Position numbers and translations under genes: made by a program. A stretch of DNA of 64,000 nucleotides from Candidatus Poribacteria bacterium. Lineage in GTDB: Bacteria > Poribacteria > WGA-4E > WGA-3G. The stretch's first letter is position 1. Each line of letters begins with the position of its first letter. Where the stretch lies: contig OZ240248.1 of assembly GCA_965198235.1 (NCBI GenBank), forward strand, positions 1,536,001 to 1,600,000, given 5' to 3'. The notes under the pieces are model-generated. The model worked only from the letters and a program-made list of their open reading frames with translations, did not search any database and had not been told where the DNA came from. Positions 8,753-17,960 of this stretch are shown here, piece after piece.

Positions 8753-11371
8753 ATGCGAATTTTAATACTGCTGTCTATTTTCTGCTTTCTATCCCCTGCG
8801 TCGGGTGACATTCAATTTGAAGATGTGTCACAGCAGGCGGGGATTACACGCATTGGTGAAAGTTGGGGCAATGCCTGGGGCGATTTTGATGCGGATGGTT
8901 ATCTGGATTTATGGGCTACCAATCATAAGCACAAACCGAGTCTCTATCGCAACAATGGCGATGGGACTTTCACGGACATCATCGACGAAGTTTGGGACGC
9001 AAACCCATTTGCAGATACACACGGCGTGGCGTGGGCAGATTTTGATAACGATGGCGACCAAGATTTGATTGTATTATCGGGGAGTGGCGGTGGAACCAAC
9101 CCTACAAACGCTAAACATGATAATCATTTCTATGTCAATGAAAATGGGATGCTCATTGAGCGCGCCACTGAATTCGGAATTGATTTTCCATTGTTGCGTG
9201 GTAGAGCTCCGCTTTGGTTAGATTGGAACCGGGACGGCTTACTCGACCTTATTCTCACTGGAAGAGTCCGACCCAGTAGGACCGGAGAATTGATAACATC
9301 GACTTTATTTCAACAAACTGGACACGGCTTTGAAAATGTAAATAGTATCTCAGGATTCCATGTTGAAAAAGACGCATCGTTAGCGCAACTTACCAATTTG
9401 ACTGGAGATAGGACCCTGGAGGTAGTTGTCAGCGGGGGCCCTTATCCAAATGCGATGTATGATATGTCGTCAACTCCATTTAAGTCATTAGTAGGGACGC
9501 TTGATTTTCCGAAAATTTATAATGTCCAAGATACAGTGTTTGCTGATTTCAACGGTGATCTCTTGCCTGATGTGTTCTGCGCGCGAGGGATATATCGTTC
9601 CTATATTGACACAGAAGCACCAGGACAAATAAAAGTACAGATGCAAACAAATCTCGGAGAAAAAGGGCTAAACTTTAAAACGGAGGGCAGGGTCCGTTTT
9701 GAAATCCATTCAACGTGGGCGACACGGCTCCATCATCTATCTATTGGTGCTGATGGACATACCTTGGAGGTGTTTGGTGGAGAACATATTCCATCCGATC
9801 CTGTCCGAAATGTCGCCTCTTTCAAATTTGAACTTTCCCCAGATGATCCAAGGGTTAAAGGTTTGAAGCCACGACCTGCTGTCGAGAATTACGGGATTTA
9901 TGTAGGGTATGACGAAAGGCAGAAAATGTGGATTTTGTTATACCACACAAGGCCTCGAATTGAGACGAATTGGACTGGATTGGAGGCTCTTATTGAATCG
10001 GCGCATCTGATGGCTGAAGTAAATCCTATTAATTTTACAGGATTTGATCTACGCGCGGATCCACAATCGGTACTTTTAATCAATAAAGGGAACCGGTTTA
10101 TACGGTCAGAGACTTTTTTAGCAGGGCGCTCCGTCGTCGCAGGTGATTTTGATAGCGATATGGACCTTGACCTCTATGTTGTCCGTTCAACCAGTGCTGG
10201 TAATCTTCCTAATCATCTCTATGAAAATTTGGGAGATGGTACTTTTGTTCAATTACCAGGGGCAGGTGGTGCAGAGGGAAGCACACAAGGTAGAGGACAA
10301 AGCGCTACGATGGCTGACTATGATCGGGATGGGTACCTTGATTTTTTTCTTACCAACGGCAGAGGACCTTATCCCTTTAACGAAGGTCCCGATCAGCTTT
10401 TCCGTAACATCGTCAGTGGTAATAACTGGCTTCAGATTGATTTAGAAGGAACCGTTTCTAATCGGGACGGTATTGGCGCAAGACTTTTCGTAACTACGCC
10501 TGACGGAAAAACCCAGTTGCGGGAAAATGGAGGCGGTATTCATTGGTCTCAACAAGACCAGAAACGTATCCACTTTGGACTTGCACAGAACCAAACGGTC
10601 AGTGAACTGGTCATCCAGTGGCCCAGCGGTACTATTCAAAAATTGAAGGATGTACCCGTGAACCAAGTATTACGGGTTATTGAGTCTGATGAACAAGCGA
10701 CTCTCTCGGTTTCCGATGTCAATCAGGATGGGCAGGTGAATATACTTGATTTTGTTTTTATCATCAAGCATTTCGGGGAGAGTCCACCTACAAATCCTCG
10801 GACGGATGTCAACAAAGATGGTGAAGTAAATATCTTAGATCTCGTTCAGACTGTCAAAGCTGCTGAGGGAAACCGGGGAATAGTAGCGGCACCGTATCGT
10901 CAGCACTTAACTGGTGGAAACACCAAGGATATATCAAGTCCAATCCACCTTTCAGATACTGACATTGCGTTACTCCATTCCTTTTACAAAAAGATTGAAG
11001 AAATAGCAGCAAGCTCCGCACATAAAGAATTAGTCAGACGTTTCTTAGAGGCACTGTTGATATCTGTTGAAGAACCCTTGGACACAAAACTCCATGCCAA
11101 CTACCCAAATCCGTTTAATCCAGAAACCTGGATTCCATACCAACTCGCGAAAGATAGCGACATCACGATACGCATTTATGATGCATCAGGACGTGTTGTG
11201 CGGACACTCTTCACTGGACATCAAATTGCTGGACACTACCTGAGCCGCAATGAAGCAGCATATTGGGATGGCAAAAACGAGTTAGGAGAACAGGTGGCGA
11301 GCGGAGTCTATATCTACGAGCTAGCCACTCCGACTTTCAAACAGACAAGACGGCTCGTAATACTAAAATAA
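8753..11371 (+). CDS. Secreted FG-GAP/CRTAC1 (ASPIC-UnbV) protein with dockerin-like and FlgD-Ig C-terminus
   Basis: Signal peptide; DFDxDGxLD repeats; SNRDGIGAR..HFGL ASPIC/UnbV; DVNxDGxVNILD x2; NYPNPFNPETWIPY. Confidence 0.85.
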   Translation: MRILILLSIFCFLSPASGDIQFEDVSQQAGITRIGESWGNAWGDFDADGYLDLWATNHKHKPSLYRNNGDGTFTDIIDEVWDANPFADTHGVAWADFDNDGDQDLIVLSGSGGGTNPTNAKHDNHFYVNENGMLIERATEFGIDFPLLRGRAPLWLDWNRDGLLDLILTGRVRPSRTGELITSTLFQQTGHGFENVNSISGFHVEKDASLAQLTNLTGDRTLEVVVSGGPYPNAMYDMSSTPFKSLVGTLDFPKIYNVQDTVFADFNGDLLPDVFCARGIYRSYIDTEAPGQIKVQMQTNLGEKGLNFKTEGRVRFEIHSTWATRLHHLSIGADGHTLEVFGGEHIPSDPVRNVASFKFELSPDDPRVKGLKPRPAVENYGIYVGYDERQKMWILLYHTRPRIETNWTGLEALIESAHLMAEVNPINFTGFDLRADPQSVLLINKGNRFIRSETFLAGRSVVAGDFDSDMDLDLYVVRSTSAGNLPNHLYENLGDGTFVQLPGAGGAEGSTQGRGQSATMADYDRDGYLDFFLTNGRGPYPFNEGPDQLFRNIVSGNNWLQIDLEGTVSNRDGIGARLFVTTPDGKTQLRENGGGIHWSQQDQKRIHFGLAQNQTVSELVIQWPSGTIQKLKDVPVNQVLRVIESDEQATLSVSDVNQDGQVNILDFVFIIKHFGESPPTNPRTDVNKDGEVNILDLVQTVKAAEGNRGIVAAPYRQHLTGGNTKDISSPIHLSDTDIALLHSFYKKIEEIAASSAHKELVRRFLEALLISVEEPLDTKLHANYPNPFNPETWIPYQLAKDSDITIRIYDASGRVVRTLFTGHQIAGHYLSRNEAAYWDGKNELGEQVASGVYIYELATPTFKQTRRLVILK

Positions 11372-11376
11372 TTAAC

Positions 11377-11511
11377 ATAGGACTTACGCATTTCCTCTTA
11401 AAGTCCCCCTGATAAGGGGGATTTAGGGGGTTAAATACAACGAAGTACTCTCACTGCAAGGCATTTTCAGCAAAATATGCCGATTCTCTGTTCAATTTGC
11501 GTAAGTCCTAT
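11377..11511. repeat. MITE-like element with 14-bp inverted ends
   Basis: ATAGGACTTACGCA (11377) / TGCGTAAGTCCTAT (11498); internal CCCCCTGATAAGGGGG hairpin. Confidence 0.7.
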
Positions 11512-11617
11512 AACAGTTGAAAAAACAATTCTATACCGGTTCCAAACCCCGTTGGAATTCACCAAACACCATCGTGGAACGTAGTGGAACGATGCCCAGG
11601 AGCCAATAGTTTAAAAA

Positions 11618-12613
11618 ATGAAAAGTAAGGCATTAATCACAGGCGGTGCGGGCTTTATGGGCGCGCACGTAGTTGATGAACTTCTTCGTCATGGGAACAC
11701 AGACGTTGTTGTCCTTGATGACTTGAGCGGCGGCTTCCGTGAGAATCTGAACTCTACCGTAACGTTTGTTGAAGGAAGCATCCTTGATGTTTCGCTAATA
11801 AATCAACTCTGTGAGCAGTATCAATTCGACTATATCTATCACCTTGCCGCGTATGCAGCGGAGGGGCTCAGTCACTTCATCAAACGGTTTAACTATCAGA
11901 ACAACCTCATCGGGAGTGTAAACCTCATCAATGCGGCGGTAAACTATAATGTCAAACGGTTTGTATTCACCTCTTCCATCGCTGTTTACGGTGCGAACCA
12001 GCTCCCGATGCATGAAGCACTTATCCCGATGCCCGAAGATTCCTACGGTATCGCCAAATACGCCGTTGAACAGGAACTTGTCGCCGCAAAACGACTCTTC
12101 GATTTGGATTATACCATTTTCCGTCCCCACAACGTCTATGGTGAACTCCAGAATATCGGGGACAAGTATCGAAACGTCATTGGTATTTTCATGAATAATA
12201 TTATGCAGGCGGAACCGTTAGTTATCTTTGGGGATGGCGAGCAGACACGCGCCTTCACACATATTGCCGATGTCGCTCCGCATATCGCCCGCTCTGTGGA
12301 CGTACCCGAGGCATCAGGAGAGATTTTTAACGTCGGTTCGGATAAACATGTATCTGTCAACGAATTGGCAGACTTGGTGATGACGGCGATGGGAAAGGAA
12401 GTCCGTGTTATCAACATGCGTGCGAGGGAAGAGGTTAAACATGCCTATTGCACACACGAAAAATTCCACGGGGTCTTCGGCACGACATCACAGGTCGCGC
12501 TTCCGGAAGGTTTAGAGAGAATGGCGGCGTGGGCGAAGTCCGTTGGACCACGAGCTTCCGCGCTGTTTACTGACATCGAAATTCGCAAAAATCTGCCCGA
12601 AAGCTGGAAATAA
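11618..12613 (+). CDS. NAD-dependent nucleotide-sugar epimerase/dehydratase
   Basis: TGGAGFMG, HLAA, YGIAK (YxxxK), RPHNVYG. Confidence 0.9.
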   Translation: MKSKALITGGAGFMGAHVVDELLRHGNTDVVVLDDLSGGFRENLNSTVTFVEGSILDVSLINQLCEQYQFDYIYHLAAYAAEGLSHFIKRFNYQNNLIGSVNLINAAVNYNVKRFVFTSSIAVYGANQLPMHEALIPMPEDSYGIAKYAVEQELVAAKRLFDLDYTIFRPHNVYGELQNIGDKYRNVIGIFMNNIMQAEPLVIFGDGEQTRAFTHIADVAPHIARSVDVPEASGEIFNVGSDKHVSVNELADLVMTAMGKEVRVINMRAREEVKHAYCTHEKFHGVFGTTSQVALPEGLERMAAWAKSVGPRASALFTDIEIRKNLPESWK

Positions 12614-12614
12614 G

Positions 12615-13013
12615 TTTTAAACTATTGAATCTGGTCACCGTTTTTTAATTTATTGGCTCCTGGGCGTTGTTCCACTACGTTTCACAACGGTTTTTGGTTA
12701 GGATAGGCACAAGACCCACTGCTACGCCCCCTTTCAACATTAAGAGGGCGTTTAACTTTACCGAAAACCGGGGTTCCCACCCGTTACTGGGAAGGGATAC
12801 TGGGGAGCGGGTTTTTGCTTGGGGTGTTTTTGCTTGGGGTTTTTGATAGGGTGTTTCCCTGCGTATTGATAGGGGTTTTTGCTTGGGTGTTTCTGTGGAT
12901 TTCTGTGGATTTCTGTGGATTTCTGCGTATTTCTGCGTATTGATAGGGTATTTCTTCGGATTTTTTCGATGGAACGAAGTGGAACGATGAGCAAAAACTT
13001 AATAGGTAAAAAA
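12615..13013. repeat. Composite TIR repeat with low-complexity TTTTTGCTTGGGG/TTTTTGATAGGG/TTTCTGTGGA tract
   Basis: Left end TTTTAA..CTGGGCGTTGTTCCACTACGTTTCAC; right end GAACGAAGTGGAACGATG; tandem units at about 12808-12968. Confidence 0.85.
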
Positions 13014-14300
13014 ACGTTTTGGGTGATGATGATTACCCTTGTTGGAATGGGGTTGAGTCTTCTCGTCCGGGTCCTATTGATTCCAAAACGCTTCGGATTC
13101 AGCGATACAGCGGACGCACTCACTACCGCATTGACGGTCGTGCTGTTAGTAGATACGATTGTCCGAGAGGGTGCTAAATTCAGTCTTGTTCCAGTCTTCG
13201 TCACACGCCAGAAGGAGATGACTCGCACGGAATACCAACGTTTCATGAATGGGCTCCTAATTTTGTTGCTTAGTGTTGGCTTCGGGATTTTCATTCTGAT
13301 TGAACTTTTCGCACCGTGGATAGCAGGCGGGTTGTTATGGAAATCGACTGTTGATGTACAGAGGGCTACGACACTGTTGCGATTTTGTGCCCCGCTCCTT
13401 ATCTTCGGATGTGGTAGCACGGTCCTGGGTGCTTTCCTAAACAGCCAGCAGCGCTTTAAAACGGTTGCACTCCGAAACGCTCTACCCGCTGGCACCGCGG
13501 CGTTTATATTTCTGCTCTTATGGAATACACAGAGCCTCGAAAACTGGGTGGCGATGGCATACGCGGGGGGCTTTATCGCGTACTTTGGATGGTTGTGCAT
13601 CGGGGTATATCGGACGGGGCACCGGTATGAACTTACAGGCGTTTCTGTGGACACGCTGCGTTCTTTGAAAAACACGGTTACCCTACCAACTCTCGGCTTC
13701 GGAATACGGCAAATCGTAAACCGCTTACTGGTTGAGGTGTACCTTGTCTCACAACTTGGAAGTGGCGCTATTACGCTCTATAAATCTGCCTTCCAAATCT
13801 TTTCAGCACTACAGACACTCATCGGGATCAGTATCGCAACAACCGGCTTGCCCGATATGGCGATCCACGACGCGGCAAACGATAAAATAGAATTAGGGCG
13901 TACACTCAACCGAAACGCACGCACGGCTATAATCATCGGATTCCCGGTAACCCTGGTCCTGTTGATATTTCACGGAAGAATCAGTTGGCTCTTGTATGGG
14001 AAAGGGACAATCGATCAAACGTCAGTTGAGTTGATAGGACAACTCCTCTTTTGGCTCAGCACGGGAATGATATTCTCCTGTCTGATACCTGTGTTGAATG
14101 CTGGACTCTACGCCCAAAAGGCGTACCGCGCTGTTTTCGCAAATATGGTCACGATGGCAGCCCTTAATTTTCTACTGGCGTACGGATTAATCGAAACATG
14201 GTGGCTTCTATCTGTCGCGTTGTCTGTATCAATCACCGCGCTTCTGGCTGTTGGGAACCTGACGTATCTCCTCCGAAGAACACAGGTGTCTTGGTTTTAG
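12987..14300 (+). CDS. MurJ/MviN-like (MOP superfamily) flippase
   Basis: Many hydrophobic segments; FG.S..ADA, EGA..SLVPVF, LIGISIAT.LP; start uncertain (ATG lies in repeat end). Confidence 0.75.
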   Translation: MSKNLIGKKTFWVMMITLVGMGLSLLVRVLLIPKRFGFSDTADALTTALTVVLLVDTIVREGAKFSLVPVFVTRQKEMTRTEYQRFMNGLLILLLSVGFGIFILIELFAPWIAGGLLWKSTVDVQRATTLLRFCAPLLIFGCGSTVLGAFLNSQQRFKTVALRNALPAGTAAFIFLLLWNTQSLENWVAMAYAGGFIAYFGWLCIGVYRTGHRYELTGVSVDTLRSLKNTVTLPTLGFGIRQIVNRLLVEVYLVSQLGSGAITLYKSAFQIFSALQTLIGISIATTGLPDMAIHDAANDKIELGRTLNRNARTAIIIGFPVTLVLLIFHGRISWLLYGKGTIDQTSVELIGQLLFWLSTGMIFSCLIPVLNAGLYAQKAYRAVFANMVTMAALNFLLAYGLIETWWLLSVALSVSITALLAVGNLTYLLRRTQVSWF

Positions 14301-14583
14301 TTTTTTAATTATGGGCCTTTGATCGGCTTTCCATTTCATTCCAAGCCGGTTTTTAGTGAAGTCAGAAACCTTTGAACCCTTGAAGCGGGTTGGAATTAAC
14401 CAAAAACCACTGCGGAATGAAATTAGGTTTCCTTAAATGGCATAATTTTGCTTCGCATTGTCCCGCAAGCCTCTATAGGCTTGCGCAGAATGCTTTACAT
14501 TTGGAGCAGTTTAACCATCAACTCGACTCCGTTATAAATGTTAAAGTACGAGTTGATGGTTAACAGAGTTAATAGTTTAAAAA
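14301..14583. repeat. Composite intergenic repeat
   Basis: CCTTAAATGGCATAATTTT, CGCAAGCCTCTATAGGCTTGCG and 53-bp palindrome (14511-14563); ends TTTAAAAA immediately before ATG. Confidence 0.85.
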
Positions 14584-15543
14584 ATGCACAGATTCAATCG
14601 TTTAAAAAGTGTCGCGGACTATCGCTATCTCATTGTAGGGGGCACGACAAAGGCGGCAACAACGTCCCTGTTCACCTACTTAGCGGATCATCCTGCTATT
14701 TGTGCTGCCACCTACAAAGAGACTCGGTTTTTTCTCAGCAGCAACTATCCGCTCCCATCGAAATACCGATATAAAGGTGATGTCGAAGAATACAACCTTT
14801 TGTTTTCTGATGCTGATGAAACGCAGTTTCGGATGGAATCGACGCCTGACTATCTGTATTGTGAGGAAGCCTGTGAGCGGATTGCCACATTGCTACCCTA
14901 TGCAAAGTTAGTCTTCAGTCTCCGTGAACCGATTTCAAGGTTAATCTCTTGGTATCGATTTGCAAAGCAAATTGGCAAATTACCACAAACTTTGAGTTTC
15001 GACGCGTATGTTGAATCGCTTTTTGCCGCTATGAATCGCCATGAAGAGACAGAAGAACAGCACTTGCAAACACTCCAGCAGGGGTGTTATACTATCTATC
15101 TGGAGCATTATTTTAACCGATTCAGTCCAGAGCGTATCCATACCCTCTTTTATGAGGAACTCGCGACACAACCGGCGGATACTATGGCAAAATTGTGTGA
15201 CTTCGCTGGCATTGATGCCGGTTTTTATGGCGATTACGGGTTTAAAGTAACGAATCGTACCCAACAGATGCGAAATTCTGAGTTACATCGGAAGTATAGA
15301 GACTTTCGATTTCGATTGCGACAATGGACACATAACAAGCCGATTATTCATATCCCATTGCGGGCAATCAAACGAACAATTGAGCCGCTCTATCTCCGAT
15401 TGAACGCGCAGACGGATGAGAAGACTCAGATGTCAGAAGAGACGAGGCACCGTTTAATCGATTATTACACGCCGGATGTTCAGGCTCTCGGCGAATTGAT
15501 TGGGAAACCGATACCATGGAAAACTTGGGGAAAATCCAGTTGA
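14584..15543 (+). CDS. PAPS-dependent sulfotransferase
   Basis: IVGGTTKAATTSL (5'-PSB), ESTPDY, LREPISRLIS (3'-PB). Confidence 0.88.
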   Translation: MHRFNRLKSVADYRYLIVGGTTKAATTSLFTYLADHPAICAATYKETRFFLSSNYPLPSKYRYKGDVEEYNLLFSDADETQFRMESTPDYLYCEEACERIATLLPYAKLVFSLREPISRLISWYRFAKQIGKLPQTLSFDAYVESLFAAMNRHEETEEQHLQTLQQGCYTIYLEHYFNRFSPERIHTLFYEELATQPADTMAKLCDFAGIDAGFYGDYGFKVTNRTQQMRNSELHRKYRDFRFRLRQWTHNKPIIHIPLRAIKRTIEPLYLRLNAQTDEKTQMSEETRHRLIDYYTPDVQALGELIGKPIPWKTWGKSS

Positions 15544-16466
15544 TGATTGTTGGCGCACAGAAGGCGGGAACCTCTTCGCTCCTCCGCTACTTGGCGCAGC
15601 ATCCCGATATCCACACGCATGCACAACCAGAGATGACGTTCTTCCTGCAGGCGCGTGAATACACGCGGGGATATGAATGGGCGTTTGTGAAGTACTTTAC
15701 TGGAGAGAATACCCACAGCGATATTAAGGATAAACACCTTATCGCGAAGAATGCGATGGTGATGCATACACCGGAAGTCATGCAACGGATTTATGAACAC
15801 AATCCTGAGATACACCTCGTTGTTCTTCTGCGTGAGCCTGTGGCACGGGCGTATTCTGCCTATTGGTGGGCTCGGCGGATAGGTTGGGAGAACATCAAAA
15901 CTTATGAAGAGGCACTTGCTGCCGAGGAAGCACGTCTGAGCGAAGACTGGTTTAAATGGCGACAATGTGCCTATCAGTACAACGGCATCTATTATCCACA
16001 TGTCAAAAATTTGATAACCCAATTTGGTGTGAGTCACGTGCATTGCGTCTTAACTGAGGATTTAAAGGATAACGCTGAAGCTGTCTGTCAGCAACTCTTT
16101 GATCGTATAGGTGTCAGCACCGATTTCAGTCCGACAATAGGTGAACGGCATAACCAAGCCACGCTGCCGCGTTCCGAAAAATTCAACTTTCTCTTTACAC
16201 AATTTCTGGCATCTCACAATCCGCTGAGAAAAGTCATTCGGAAATTGCTGCCGGATGCCACCGCTTATAAGTTGAGAAAAGCCGTTCTGGATTGGAACGA
16301 CAAGCCCAAGGAGAATATGGATTTGAAGAAACGCCCAAGCAAAAACACCCCGCCTCCGCTCAATCCGCAGACGCGTGAGCACCAGATGGCGTATTTTAAG
16401 CCATTTAACGAACAATTGGCTGAATTATTAGGCAGAGATCTCTCTTCATGGAATAGCGGTTTTTAA
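15516..16466 (+). CDS. PAPS-dependent sulfotransferase
   Basis: IVGAQKAGTSSL, LREPVARAYS. Confidence 0.9.
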   Translation: MENLGKIQLMIVGAQKAGTSSLLRYLAQHPDIHTHAQPEMTFFLQAREYTRGYEWAFVKYFTGENTHSDIKDKHLIAKNAMVMHTPEVMQRIYEHNPEIHLVVLLREPVARAYSAYWWARRIGWENIKTYEEALAAEEARLSEDWFKWRQCAYQYNGIYYPHVKNLITQFGVSHVHCVLTEDLKDNAEAVCQQLFDRIGVSTDFSPTIGERHNQATLPRSEKFNFLFTQFLASHNPLRKVIRKLLPDATAYKLRKAVLDWNDKPKENMDLKKRPSKNTPPPLNPQTREHQMAYFKPFNEQLAELLGRDLSSWNSGF

Positions 16467-16580
16467 ACGATTGGCGATTGCGTGTCGTTCCACGATGGAT
16501 CTTGACAAAGTTCGGTGAAATTTATCAGAAACCTGCCTGAAACGAAGTGGAAGGCAGCGCGAAGGCCGATCATTAAAAAT

Positions 16581-17960
16581 ATGGTTTACTTTTTGACAGG
16601 ATACGTTGCTTTTGAAGAGTTTATACTGAAGTTTTTACCGGTTAGCGATGCTGTCTACTCCTATTTAAGATTCTTCGGCGAAATAATCATCTATACCGCT
16701 TTTGGAAGACTCGTTATCCATAAACTCCACAGAGGCATTCCCTTTGTCAAAACAGCGATCGACTTGCCAGTTATTGGTTTTTACAGCGTTGTCCTACTTT
16801 CAATGCTTATAAACAGGTCACCCTTGATAGGCAGCCTATACAACATCCGACCATTTGCTCGATATATTGTCCTTTTCTATCTCATCGCGAACTCTGCTCT
16901 ATCGGAGCGGCGAATTACAACCCTTTTACGCATAATTCTTGTTGTTGGGGTATTCCAACTTGTCGCCGGTATCGTTCAGTGGGTAGGCGGACCCGCCGCG
17001 TTCGATTTCTTCCTGCCTCGCGAATCAACACTCACCATCGGTGGGTTTACCAAAGAGTACAGATTGCTCGAACTCGGTAGAGAGATTGGCAGCGTCTATG
17101 GTACTTTGGGAGATACCGTGATTTACGGTGTCTTTATGATTCTTGTCCTTGTTATCTACCTTTCCCGTATTAGGCGACTGGAGTATCTGAATCTGCTCGG
17201 TGCAGCGATACTGTTTTTCTTTATAGCACGTTCATATTCACGCGCCGCAACCTTCTCCGCCCTTCTCGCGGGGGGTGCATGGTTCTTCTTCCACCACGGG
17301 TGGAAAAAAACCCTTCGCTTAGCATTAGCAACTGTCCTCATCTTCGGACTTCTATTGATAGTGGTGAACCCGTTCAACCTTGAATACATAAACCCGCGTA
17401 AAGCAAGGGTTGGGCTCGTCGGCAACGTAACAGGCGTATTTTCCGGGTCCTATGTCCGTGTCGCGCAGAAGCAGCGGCTGGGGGCGTTGATCGGAAATGT
17501 TCCAACAGTCCTTGTTAACAAACCAATCTTAGGTTATGGTGCCGACCAGAACAGCACGATTGAAAGACTTAATATGAGCAAACGCTCATTCCTCCTCAAA
17601 GTCCTCAGTAAGAGCGGCTTCAAGGATGTGTATTGGGTAGCAATCCTCTGTTTCTACGGCATATTGGGACTGGGCTTCTTCGCTCTGATATTTTACCAAC
17701 TCTTTCGCGCTGCGCTGCGGCTTTACAGAAGGTCTATCAGTTCATCATCTGCTATAGAGAGGAGTACCCCTATCTCAGGCGTGACACAACGTATCGCAAT
17801 TATCATGCTCTGCCTCGTCGCCGTTACTGTATTTCTACTTTTCTTTAGTCGAACCCTTGAATTTCGAGGCTATGGATTCTACTTCTGGCTCTGTGCCGGT
17901 CTCATGTTTGCGAGTGATAGATCGCTTCCAACCTATAGACCTCTGAGGATAACATTATGA
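16581..17960 (+). CDS. Wzy/O-antigen ligase-like polytopic membrane protein
   Basis: Many TM segments; SYSRAA, PILGYG, YGILGL; glycan-locus context; upstream GTG 16515 is possible. Confidence 0.7.
   Translation: MVYFLTGYVAFEEFILKFLPVSDAVYSYLRFFGEIIIYTAFGRLVIHKLHRGIPFVKTAIDLPVIGFYSVVLLSMLINRSPLIGSLYNIRPFARYIVLFYLIANSALSERRITTLLRIILVVGVFQLVAGIVQWVGGPAAFDFFLPRESTLTIGGFTKEYRLLELGREIGSVYGTLGDTVIYGVFMILVLVIYLSRIRRLEYLNLLGAAILFFFIARSYSRAATFSALLAGGAWFFFHHGWKKTLRLALATVLIFGLLLIVVNPFNLEYINPRKARVGLVGNVTGVFSGSYVRVAQKQRLGALIGNVPTVLVNKPILGYGADQNSTIERLNMSKRSFLLKVLSKSGFKDVYWVAILCFYGILGLGFFALIFYQLFRAALRLYRRSISSSSAIERSTPISGVTQRIAIIMLCLVAVTVFLLFFSRTLEFRGYGFYFWLCAGLMFASDRSLPTYRPLRITL

Noticed and set aside
12808-12968. 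Possible CRISPR array
   Set aside because: Units are 10-13 nt with no unique spacers, and no cas genes are in the window
12758-13675. 305-aa minus-strand ORF
   Set aside because: Antisense to the flippase and repeat; its KHPxKNP-like sequence comes from the low-complexity tract
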